From Tetramitus jugosus (lineage: Eukaryota; Protista; Heterolobosea): 64,000 bases of DNA. The notes beneath the pieces are model-generated. The model was not told where the DNA came from and did no database searches. It saw only the letters and a program-made list of their open reading frames with translations. Below, piece by piece: positions 1 through 9,079 of the stretch. The stretch lies in contig OW569358.1 of NCBI GenBank assembly GCA_937625935.1, positions 475,434 to 539,433 on the forward strand, read 5' to 3'. The translations under genes and the position numbers were made by a program. The number at the start of each line of letters is the position of its first letter. Position 1 is the first letter of the stretch.

Positions 1-428
1 AATTTTCTGCCTGATGCAATCACTGCATTCTTGAGCAGAGTACCAGCGACAAACTTGTCATTCTTTGAGGCTTCAGGGTCCTTCAAAATGTTGGATAATT
101 GTTGCAAGTGACCTGGACGCAACATGTACTGAATATCACTCATGGCAGCCTCAGTAAGCTTTTGAATACCCTCTGGATCGACTTTTAGCACTTGTCTTGT
201 CTCACCAGTGCTCTCATCCTTTAATGTCACAGTTTTTACGTGATCCTTGGTGACCAATCTGTATGGTGTTGGATTTGGACTGTTCTTGTGATTCAATTGG
301 AACAATTCTTCATAGCTATTGGTGTTACTGCTAGTGGTGCTGCCATGTCTGAGCTGATGACGTTGTTGTTGTTGTTGCAACAATTGGAACACAGTGTTGC
401 TTCTTCTTTGGACAGTGTGTCTGAACAT
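1..428 (-). CDS. fumA: Class I (Fe-S) fumarate hydratase, N-terminal part with mitochondrial presequence (runs off window start)
   Basis: Not in the ORF track; translated by hand from ATG at 428: MFRHTVQRRSNTVFQLL...TPYRLVTKDHVK...VLKVDPEGIQKLTEAAMSDIQYMLRPGHLQQLSNILKDPEASKNDKFVAGTLLKNAVIASGRK. This parallels the FumA/FumB N-terminus (LRPAH..Q...IL.DPEAS.ND..VA...L.N..IA). The leader is Arg/Ser-rich and lacks acidic residues. Confidence 0.9.
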   Translation of the reverse strand, partial: MFRHTVQRRSNTVFQLLQQQQQRHQLRHGSTTSSNTNSYEELFQLNHKNSPNPTPYRLVTKDHVKTVTLKDESTGETRQVLKVDPEGIQKLTEAAMSDIQYMLRPGHLQQLSNILKDPEASKNDKFVAGTLLKNAVIASGRK

Positions 429-669
429 TGTTCAACGATGCCTAAATCAATTCACAGAAATTGTTGTTGTTGGTTGTTGGTTGTTGTTTTGATTTTTCCC
501 TGTGAGTGGTTTATTATCCGACGATTGAAAAATTCCCGCGAACTTGCGGGCGGGTTTTGGTATCCTGCGAATTTACAATGCCAGTGGTGCATTCGCTCGC
601 AGCAGCACACGCACACAAATAGCCATGACGTTCCATGCTGGTTTTCATAGCATGTACGCTCAACACTCA

Positions 670-3210
670 ATGAATATTGAGAAGAGGTTGAAGGCTGCCA
701 TTGAGGACGATGAACTTGATGTTCTGTTCGGACAGAAGAAGGGAAACAGTGGTGCGAGTGCAGAATTACCAAAGAGAAGTCAATCTTCTTTGGGTCCTTC
801 TGTTCGAAGGCCTCTCTCTGCTTCTTCGATTGGTCGACTCCGGTATGACAACATTCGGGACCGATACAGGCGCTCGGTTCAGTCTAATTCTTCCTCCGAC
901 TTGAATCTGACGAATAGGAAGAGCACGGAAGAGAATATGAAGAAACTTAATCTTAATCAGCTAAGTAGCAGAGAAAATAGTGTTCCTAATACGGTGAGAA
1001 AGAGTGTTGATTCTTCTGTTGGTGTTCCAAAGAGTGACCGACCTCGGAGGGAGACCAAAATTAGAGATAACACTGATAAGGTTCACACTGACAACACACA
1101 GAATGGTAGTTCAGAAGAAGGTGATAAGACACAAAGATCAACTGTGAGATCAATATTTCAAAGCGATACGAGGGTAAATGTTGTCCCAGAAACCACCATA
1201 ACTACCGACACAATGTTGGAGTTTGATATATCCATACCTCGGAATGAGAATGAAATTCAGCTGAATCTTAAACTTCCTTTTGCCAAAGAGAAAAAGAATA
1301 TTTCAGCCCCTAGTTCTACAGATATCAGCGGGTTCGCTCGATCGGTGAATCTTGTTGTTAGTAATTGGACCAACGTACTAGAAACCGGAACCGTACCAGT
1401 GGAATACTTGCAACAAGTAGACATGAGACAACTTCAATCATCTGTTGAGAATTATCAACGAAACTCTAACTTAAAGTTATCTAAGTATCTTTCATCCGTA
1501 CAAAGTTCTATGACTCTACTCCAAAACTCTACAAACCACTTGCATGCTACAAACGCCCTCAAAGCTCAGAATAGTACCTATAATTTAATTTCTGATACAC
1601 TTGGGAAGTTTAGGACTTTGTATCGGGAGAGTAAAGAAGATCTTAGTGTTGGATCTCGATCATCCCCTGATTTCATGAAGAGTGGGGATATGGCAAAGCG
1701 ATCCTACGACAGCAATAAGAAACTATCCGAATTCCTACCAAGAACAGAGAACGATTTTCGAACAAAATTTGAAGAGATGAGAGTCTCCTCGTGGAAACAA
1801 AAGGAATTCGAGGATAAAATTCAAAGTTACAAGGATGAAGAGCGCAATCAAAAGAATGTGAATACAAGTCGTAAGTGTATCATAAAGAAGTATGTCGAGG
1901 ATGTTTCGCGAGAGAGTTACACGTCTGAATATCTATTAAATATACGGGAGAAGAAGAAGGAAATTCGAGCCTCTCACCATAACCTTGCTCTCGAAAGAAA
2001 GAAGTTAATCGATGCCGAAGATGAAATCAAAGGACAACAACTTCTTCTCTTGAAACAAATGAAGATTGAAAGAGCGGAAAGAGAAAGAGAGTTTCTACCA
2101 AAGAAGAAGAAGTTGCAAAAACAACAGACGGTTTTCCTCCCGGTCCTATTGTTAACGCAATTTCTTTCTTCTCTCGAGGATATTTGGATTGGGTCCTTAC
2201 AGCAACGAATTCAGGAAGAGAAAGAAATCAACGCAAAGACAATTTTACAAACCAAGTTATATCCTCTGTTGGTTAAGAAACGAGAGGAACGTTTAATGAA
2301 AGCTCGATCAGTTATCAACCGCCAGTTGATGAGATGGATTATTAATCATCGAATTAGACGGAAGAGGAGAGCAATTTCATTGTTGAAGCAGTTTTTCCAG
2401 GATGCGGCTGTTGCTTCATCAATTCCTCGCACCGTTTCAATGTTCTTCAACAGTCTAAGAATGATCCAGCACCGAACTAGATTGTACTTGATTCAGCGAC
2501 GGTGCCAATTGGTTTCGCTTTCGCATCAATGGAGCAACTTAGAGAGTAAGATGGCGATGGAATGTTTGGAATCTGATTTGGCCCTAATACGAACAAAATT
2601 AATTGAGAAACTGCAGAACTTAGCTGAGAAAGTGAAAGCCAATGCTCCAAAATCCAATCAACAAATTATTAGAGGTACTAAAGCGAGTCATATGCAAAAG
2701 CAATCAGCCAAAGGATTACTCGAATCAAAGAGATCTCTAAGGAGTCTAAGAGAATGCGTGATAACAGGCCTAGCCAAGATCAACTTATCCATTCCTGGGC
2801 AGAGAAAAAGCAAGACAATCGAAACTTCGAAACTAATCTCAATACTCAAAGATCCATCGTATTCGAACTTCCAATTGAAAGATATTTTGCTCCAGTCGTC
2901 CAAGTTACTCAGACTTGCACTTCCTGCAAGAGTAGAAAGAACGGATGAACATATCCAGTTGGCTATCATCAAAGAAGATCTGTTAGCTCGTATCCATCGA
3001 CACTATCAAGTAGCTTTCAAAGATTGGACACCTCACCGAGGCCAAAGCGACTCCACAGAACCCTCTGGAAGAGAACATGATCTAGTCCACAAATTCATTC
3101 GACTTCAGGTTCCCCGATATCGATTCCTCAATTCAGAGTCAAATCTGAGAACCCTTGTCCTGCGAGGACAGAAAGAAACACTCAAGTTGACAAATCCAAA
3201 CATACAATAA
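670..3210 (+). CDS. Uncharacterised coiled-coil/basic helical protein (IQ-like segments, possibly cytoskeletal or flagellar)
   Basis: Long open frame of about 850 aa; likely ATG at 670 (MNIEKRL) or 652. Low-complexity N-half and K/E/R-rich coiled coil. No family recognised. Confidence 0.75.
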   Translation: MNIEKRLKAAIEDDELDVLFGQKKGNSGASAELPKRSQSSLGPSVRRPLSASSIGRLRYDNIRDRYRRSVQSNSSSDLNLTNRKSTEENMKKLNLNQLSSRENSVPNTVRKSVDSSVGVPKSDRPRRETKIRDNTDKVHTDNTQNGSSEEGDKTQRSTVRSIFQSDTRVNVVPETTITTDTMLEFDISIPRNENEIQLNLKLPFAKEKKNISAPSSTDISGFARSVNLVVSNWTNVLETGTVPVEYLQQVDMRQLQSSVENYQRNSNLKLSKYLSSVQSSMTLLQNSTNHLHATNALKAQNSTYNLISDTLGKFRTLYRESKEDLSVGSRSSPDFMKSGDMAKRSYDSNKKLSEFLPRTENDFRTKFEEMRVSSWKQKEFEDKIQSYKDEERNQKNVNTSRKCIIKKYVEDVSRESYTSEYLLNIREKKKEIRASHHNLALERKKLIDAEDEIKGQQLLLLKQMKIERAEREREFLPKKKKLQKQQTVFLPVLLLTQFLSSLEDIWIGSLQQRIQEEKEINAKTILQTKLYPLLVKKREERLMKARSVINRQLMRWIINHRIRRKRRAISLLKQFFQDAAVASSIPRTVSMFFNSLRMIQHRTRLYLIQRRCQLVSLSHQWSNLESKMAMECLESDLALIRTKLIEKLQNLAEKVKANAPKSNQQIIRGTKASHMQKQSAKGLLESKRSLRSLRECVITGLAKINLSIPGQRKSKTIETSKLISILKDPSYSNFQLKDILLQSSKLLRLALPARVERTDEHIQLAIIKEDLLARIHRHYQVAFKDWTPHRGQSDSTEPSGREHDLVHKFIRLQVPRYRFLNSESNLRTLVLRGQKETLKLTNPNIQ

Positions 3211-3255
3211 TTTATTTACAATACAAGTAGTTTTTACCCGGTGGTACTACTAGTG

Positions 3256-4344
3256 TTAGAGCGCATAAACAAGAGCTCCAGACATTACTTCATAAGTTGA
3301 CAACTTTTCTCCATCGGCCATCTCCCTTTGATTGAACACTAGTCTCACATCGGTCAGACCTGTTCTTCTCATCACAACATGTTTGATATCTCTGATCAAC
3401 GTGTTGTGTGAAATGTTGTCGCTCATCGTTATCGTTGTCTTTCCACCTCTCATTTGTCTAATGTGAATCACCATGGGCTTCACAACCATAAACATTGTAA
3501 TGTGATGATTCACGTTTTCAACATCATCCTCATCATTCTTCTTATCCATCATATCGAACAAATCAATCAAGTGCTGATCCGTCTTTAGTGACTGTCCATT
3601 CTTGACCAGTGTAATATCGTCCACATGGCATCCACCCAACTTTTTTGACAACCACTTTTTCACACTCTTGACCTTGCGTCTTTCAGGGTTCTCTGTGATG
3701 AACAAATATTCATCATTGAGGGCAGAAGTGCTGTTTTTGGAGGTGGAGTTTAGTGTTTGAGAAGAGGACATCATTTCTTGAACACTCTTGATGTGAACAT
3801 GAAAGTGGTGCTGCTGAGCTTGCTTCTCATGTTGCTCTTCAGTCGTCGTGGCAGACGTTGACTCCAAAATCTTGTCTTGTTGCTGTTCATTTTTGTGTAA
3901 TGAATGAAGGCTCTCTAGTTGGGCAACTTGTTTTGTTTCTGCTGCCGTAGTTGTTGCTGTTGTGGGCACCACCACTCTTGGTTGAACAACAACAAGGGAT
4001 TGAGTGAGATCATCCAACAACGAGGGATTGACACATGAGGCGTCATTTGTACAAGAAAGATCATGATAAGGATGTGTGTAATTCAAAAAAGCTTCATTGG
4101 AGTGAGCAAGAAACAGCACATCGTCTTGTAACAACTCTCGCAGCTCTTCTAATCGACCGCCGCGGCTCGTGTAGGCCGTCAATTCCTCAAAAGACGAGAA
4201 TTGTAATTTTTTGGCGCAGGCGATTAAAAAGGCGCCAAAATCCAGTTGGAAGGAAGAAGTGTTGTCGGATCGTTCAAGGAGGATCACTCGGCCTCTTTGA
4301 CGTCTGGTATCACCATTTTTGAAGATATTAATGCGAAGTAACAT
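3256..4344 (-). CDS. Multi-ubiquitin-fold protein: N-terminal KHA/doublecortin-like domain plus C-terminal ubiquitin-like domain(s)
   Basis: The N-terminus (RINIFKNG..GRVI..FLIACAKKL..AYTSRGGRLEELRELLQDDVLF) resembles the KCTD9-type KHA/DCX-like fold. The C-terminus (IRDIKHVV..TG..VRLVFNQREMADGEKLSTYEVMSGALVYAL) is a UBL without a GG end. Confidence 0.7.
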   Translation of the reverse strand: MLLRINIFKNGDTRRQRGRVILLERSDNTSSFQLDFGAFLIACAKKLQFSSFEELTAYTSRGGRLEELRELLQDDVLFLAHSNEAFLNYTHPYHDLSCTNDASCVNPSLLDDLTQSLVVVQPRVVVPTTATTTAAETKQVAQLESLHSLHKNEQQQDKILESTSATTTEEQHEKQAQQHHFHVHIKSVQEMMSSSQTLNSTSKNSTSALNDEYLFITENPERRKVKSVKKWLSKKLGGCHVDDITLVKNGQSLKTDQHLIDLFDMMDKKNDEDDVENVNHHITMFMVVKPMVIHIRQMRGGKTTITMSDNISHNTLIRDIKHVVMRRTGLTDVRLVFNQREMADGEKLSTYEVMSGALVYAL

Positions 4345-4476
4345 GATTTTCGAGTTTTTTTCAAGTCTTGCTCTCGTTTCTATGAGCCGACAAAAACTCT
4401 TTTGTTGTTCGGTTCCTGGATTTGAACTTTCAAAGGAATCGCGAACACGGAATATTTTAATAGTCCTATCTCTAAC

Positions 4477-5352
4477 CTACGACAGATCATCTCTTTGTTG
4501 TTTCTTCCGCTCCCAAGGCTTGAGCTTTGACTTTGCTGTTTTGGTGGAGGTCCTAGTTGTTGTGGTAGGTGTGTTGTTGCTCTGTCTCGTGCTTGGAACA
4601 CGTGCTGTTGCTTCAGTTGAGGTTGACTCCTGAACAGCAACAGAGGGTCGAGCTTGTTTCGAAACCAAGTCTTGCTCGCTCTTCTTGGGACTGGAATCCA
4701 ACATATCCAAGAACGAATCTGATAGGTATTGCTTCCGTCGTTCTTTAAGCTTGGAGAGCATTTCAGACGGAGACGAAGAAGATGACAGCTCTGGTACTGG
4801 TTCTTCGTTTTGCACAGTATGTGATCCCAGCTCTTCATCTTGTTGTTGACTTGAGCTAAACCTCGGAGCTTTCTCTTCTGGTGGAGATATCGCAGCCTCT
4901 GTAAGAGCATGATCTTTGGCATCTGGATGAGAATTGGAGGACGTTTTAATCTCCAGTTGCTTCATGCTGTCTCCAGTCAGCTGCAGCTTCCAACCCCACT
5001 TGGAGAAGAGGTTGTTCGTAGCACTCAACCATGACCTCACTTGTTGCCAGATGGACATGGAACGAATGGATCTTGCAATGGGATGACCGGATCGAACAGT
5101 AATAGAACACACAGATATAAGAAGACCAACAAAAGAGGCAATGGTCAACCACTTGCTCACTGCATCACCAAATGTTTTTGTTTTTCTCCTTTTTGCCGTT
5201 CTTGTTGTTGATCCTGTTGTATTCTTATATTGAAGAGGGAAAGTGTGCAACAGTGATCGTTGCATCATGTGATACAATTCCTGATCATCACCGTAGAGAA
5301 GAGCCAGTGTCGTTGGATGATTGTTTGCATTGTAGCTGCCAAAATACTCCAT
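4477..5352 (-). CDS. Hypothetical single-pass membrane protein
   Basis: 291-aa ORF with one hydrophobic segment (WLTIASFVGLLISVCSITV) and an S/T/K-rich tail. Confidence 0.6.
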   Translation of the reverse strand: MEYFGSYNANNHPTTLALLYGDDQELYHMMQRSLLHTFPLQYKNTTGSTTRTAKRRKTKTFGDAVSKWLTIASFVGLLISVCSITVRSGHPIARSIRSMSIWQQVRSWLSATNNLFSKWGWKLQLTGDSMKQLEIKTSSNSHPDAKDHALTEAAISPPEEKAPRFSSSQQQDEELGSHTVQNEEPVPELSSSSSPSEMLSKLKERRKQYLSDSFLDMLDSSPKKSEQDLVSKQARPSVAVQESTSTEATARVPSTRQSNNTPTTTTRTSTKTAKSKLKPWERKKQQRDDLS

Positions 5353-5458
5353 TTTGCGCGGGAACTTTCTTTTTTTTCAGTCTTGTGTGGTGGGATTGCG
5401 TGAGAGCTGTTTTGATCAGCATGCTGTGGTTGAGTTTGACAACACTTTTTTTATTCTG

Positions 5459-5734
5459 TTACGATGGTCTTGTTCCGTTCTGAATCTGTCCTAGGTCTTC
5501 AGTCAGACTTTGTAGATAAGCAGCCATGAGATAATGCTCCATCGTAGCTTCATCATCATCACCCTGTGACTTCACACTCACAGCATACTGCAGCGTTTCC
5601 ATGTTGGCCCACATTGTTGTCACACTCTGATCTTGATTGGTCTTGTTGACCTGTAGTACCAAAATGCTGCATTGAAGATCACTTGTATATTGTGGTTGTT
5701 GCTGTTGTTGAGAGTACAATTGTTGTTGGTTCAT
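5459..5734 (-). CDS. Small hypothetical Q-rich protein
   Basis: 91-aa ATG-initiated ORF in a gene-sized gap; no recognisable domain. Confidence 0.3.
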   Translation of the reverse strand: MNQQQLYSQQQQQPQYTSDLQCSILVLQVNKTNQDQSVTTMWANMETLQYAVSVKSQGDDDEATMEHYLMAAYLQSLTEDLGQIQNGTRPS

Positions 5735-6044
5735 ACTGTTGTTGTTGCGGTGGTGGTCTTCACTGGTTGCTGGTTAAGGTGTTGTTGGATCAAGTGTCTC
5801 TCGAGATATTTGGTCAGGTTCAAAGCTTACTTTGAAGAGTTAGTTGCGGTAGTGGTGTTTTGTTGGTGTTGGATATCATGATGTTGCGCGTCGTGACAGC
5901 AACATTTGAAAGGCGTCATTCACGACGGTACCACGGTACTGATCATGAAGGTATTTTGTTTTTGGTTTCTGTTGGTATCCCAGATATTATTGGGACTACG
6001 AATTTGGCGGGAAATTTAGTGTGAATTTATTGGGAACTGTTCCT

Positions 6045-7268
6045 CTACTTTCGCACGAGTGACATCATCTTCGTTCTTCCCTTTTGTGTCAGTTTTTCAC
6101 CAGCTTCTCTACCGCTCAACTTGATCACCTTATGGTTACCTATGACTCCATCATATGGTCCCATTGTCAATGAATAGGATGACCTTACTGAATCGAAGGT
6201 CCTTTCTACTAGTAACTCATGGTTGTCGACACCTTCGGAGAGCAATACAATGTTTTTGGCTGCAATTTTTCCTTCTTCACTTCCGCCGCTCGCTAGTTTC
6301 TCGCAGGGTACACTGTTCGCATCCCCAACTGAGAATATACTGCTGTGGTTGATGGATTGTAGATGGGTGTTGACTTTGACAAGGCCAGATTCATCAAGAG
6401 CAACCCCACTGTCTTTCAACCACTCTGTAGCTGGTTTCATACCTCCACACCACAAGATCATGCTCACATTGTCGATAGATGCGCTATCCTTGTCCAGTGA
6501 GTACCCAGATGGTGTAAGTAAGACAGTTTTCTTCACTTGGCAGTTCATCTCATCTAAGGAGCATCCACTTTGTTCAACTCTGGCTCTTCTTCCGAGATGA
6601 ACTTCAACACCATTCTCTCTCATGAAATTCATCAGATATCCACGAAGAAGTTCTGTCTGGACCTTATCCTTCAATGACGATCTGCTATGCACAAGAGTAA
6701 TCTTAAATGGTTGTTCTCTTGACTTGTTCATTTCGACGAGTTCACCCACCATTTCAATGCCCAAGCTTCCTCCACCTACAATGACGACATGATTGTTATC
6801 TGGAGAGTTCAACTGCTGCTGGAATTTCTCAAAATCTTTCTTTCGCATGTCTGGATTCACAAACTCATTAAGATTGGGTTTGATGTAAGGAGTAGCATAG
6901 TAGCAACCGTTGGCCAGAACTAGGAAATCATATGGCAGTTCCTCATGTTCCTGCTGATCTCTTTTTCGGATAGTAATATGCTTCAATGAAGCGTTCAATG
7001 ACACAGCTTCAGAATGAGTAAGCATGTTCACAGTGTGCCCATTTCTCTCGTATATTGGTTTCAAATCTTTCAGTAACACGTGAGTTCCGGAGTTGAACTC
7101 TGATGGTTGGGCTAAAAATCTGAGCGAATAGATGGATGATTCTACGAAGTCCTTCTTTTCGATGACAGAAATGTTAAATGGTACAGCCGACTGGCTGGTG
7201 AGTCTAGATGCACATGTTAAGCCGGAAATTCCAGCTCCTACGATCACAATGTTCTTCTTTGGAGTCAT
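6045..7268 (-). CDS. FAD/NAD(P)-dependent oxidoreductase, AMID/FSP1 (AIFM2)-like
   Basis: Two Rossmann motifs (IVIVGAGISG; VVIVGGGSLGIEMVGEL), YDFLVLANG, and VKVNTHLQS...IFSVGD. Confidence 0.85.
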   Translation of the reverse strand: MTPKKNIVIVGAGISGLTCASRLTSQSAVPFNISVIEKKDFVESSIYSLRFLAQPSEFNSGTHVLLKDLKPIYERNGHTVNMLTHSEAVSLNASLKHITIRKRDQQEHEELPYDFLVLANGCYYATPYIKPNLNEFVNPDMRKKDFEKFQQQLNSPDNNHVVIVGGGSLGIEMVGELVEMNKSREQPFKITLVHSRSSLKDKVQTELLRGYLMNFMRENGVEVHLGRRARVEQSGCSLDEMNCQVKKTVLLTPSGYSLDKDSASIDNVSMILWCGGMKPATEWLKDSGVALDESGLVKVNTHLQSINHSSIFSVGDANSVPCEKLASGGSEEGKIAAKNIVLLSEGVDNHELLVERTFDSVRSSYSLTMGPYDGVIGNHKVIKLSGREAGEKLTQKGRTKMMSLVRK

Positions 7269-7658
7269 ATCTTGGTTGTGTTCCTTGTTGCATTTTCATC
7301 TCAAGGACAATAAACCTTTTAAATGGACGATACCACGAATATTGAAGGAATAGTGGGATTTCTAATGTTTACCCGTCGAAGGTTTTATTCCAAAAGCTCT
7401 GCGATTTTGGAAGGAGACAGGAGAAGTTCTTATTATGAGTAAGAGAAAGCCCAAATATGCTAACTATTACTTTTTGTCCTCCCGGAAGTCCGAAGGTCAT
7501 AAAGTGCGAAAAGGAATTGGAATTCGGCATTGGCGCAAATCGCTCGGATACAGTGTATTTCTTTATCTCATATGTTACTCCCATACAATGACCTGGGTTG
7601 TTCGATGATAGGGCAGTTTGTAAACAGGAAAATTTTACTTCCTTTCATCAAACTTTGT

Positions 7659-8861
7659 TTATTTGAAAACGGACTTCCAGGGATCTTCAACGACTTGAAC
7701 CTTCTTTAGTGCATTCTTTTGATTGACAATTGTGGTGTGTAGGTCACCTTTGAGATCAGCTGCAATGTTCTTGGCACTGTTCAACATCTTTGTTGGTGCA
7801 AGTTTCTTTGCAAACTTACTGACTCCTCCGAAAGACTTCTTTTCTGTGGTTTCCTCTTGATCTTCTACAAATTGTTGCTCCACCTCTTCCTCCTCCTCTT
7901 GTTGAATATGAGTATTGGTGTCCACTTGTTGAGCAGAATGAATAATTGCATCTCTATGCTTCTCATACACATCCTTTGACCATTCATTCTCTGCATAGTA
8001 ACTCTTGAGCTCATGAATTTGATCGACTTGTTCCTCAGACAACTCCAAAGAACTGAGATATTCATTGTCATACTCCAAATCATCAGCAGCATCATCAGCT
8101 GAGCTCTCTTGCTTGGTCACCACCACCTCTTCTTCCTCTTCATCATATTCTTCTTCTTCTTCTACTTGGAGATTCAAATCATCTTGTTCAATTACAACCT
8201 CTTGTTGTTCCGGTTCTTCTTCAACGACATTCGTGGAAATTACACTTAGCAAGTCCAATTTCATTTGTTGATACAATTCGATTGAAATTTCACCCTTGTT
8301 CACTTGTTCTACATATTGCAACAATAGAGTCAATTCTTCTAAACCAATGTCCAACTCTGCAATCTCTTCATCCATGAACAATGTTGCTACCGGTGCGGTT
8401 TTGGAAGTTTGTTCTTCTTCATTCAACAATTGTTCGCTCACCACCACCGCCACCTCTTCTTCTTCTTTTTCTTCTTGGTTTTTATCTTCTTCTTCTTCTA
8501 CAATTACACGAGAGTGTTCTTCTTCTTTTTGTTCAACACTACTCGGAACAACATGTGGTACAGCTTCAACTTGAACTTGTTTCGCTTGTTGTTCCACAAC
8601 AAGTGTGACAAATTGTGAATCCTCCTGTTGAGATTGTTGTTTGGTTGTGACAATTTTTGTTGTCTCATCATCATCATTATTGTTATGTACTACTACTACA
8701 GTGGAATGTTCTTGTTGTTGTTGTGGTGTCACAACCTTCTCATCATGATGATCTGGTTGTTCTTGCGTTGGAGAAGCAGAAGAAGAACCGAGTGAATTTT
8801 TAATGAAGGCACCCACGAGGACAATACCAACGATAAGTCCAGATATTACAGCAAATGACAT
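7659..8861 (-). CDS. Acidic low-complexity protein with N-terminal membrane anchor
   Basis: 400-aa ORF; hydrophobic N-terminus (AVISGLIVGIVLVGAFI) and E/Q-rich body. Confidence 0.75.
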   Translation of the reverse strand: MSFAVISGLIVGIVLVGAFIKNSLGSSSASPTQEQPDHHDEKVVTPQQQQEHSTVVVVHNNNDDDETTKIVTTKQQSQQEDSQFVTLVVEQQAKQVQVEAVPHVVPSSVEQKEEEHSRVIVEEEEDKNQEEKEEEEVAVVVSEQLLNEEEQTSKTAPVATLFMDEEIAELDIGLEELTLLLQYVEQVNKGEISIELYQQMKLDLLSVISTNVVEEEPEQQEVVIEQDDLNLQVEEEEEYDEEEEEVVVTKQESSADDAADDLEYDNEYLSSLELSEEQVDQIHELKSYYAENEWSKDVYEKHRDAIIHSAQQVDTNTHIQQEEEEEVEQQFVEDQEETTEKKSFGGVSKFAKKLAPTKMLNSAKNIAADLKGDLHTTIVNQKNALKKVQVVEDPWKSVFK

Positions 8862-9079
8862 TTCTTGAGGATTGCAAGTTACTTATTGAATAGGGACGGA
8901 CGTCTGGTGGTGTGCTTTCGGTTTTGTTGGTGTCAAACGTTGGGTCAATAGCCGTGAAGGGTTTTTGGTGCGAATCATGCACAGGTGACTTTGACATGAG
9001 ACTTCACCTGCCAAATTTTTTAAAACTCCGCGTACCCTATCTTCCGATTGTGATGTGAAACGAAAGCAAATCGTGTGTG

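Noticed and set aside
240-650. Track ORFs 240-650(+) and 452-772(-), and the many short antisense ORFs throughout
   Set aside because: They are shadows of real genes on the opposite strand or of low-complexity codon runs.
7269-7658. Possible snRNA or RNase P/MRP RNA in a 390-bp intergenic gap with a TTCCAAAA/TTTTGGAA hairpin
   Set aside because: No convincing U1/U2/U4/U5/U6 or CR-I/CR-V consensus found by eye; an Infernal/Rfam scan would be needed.
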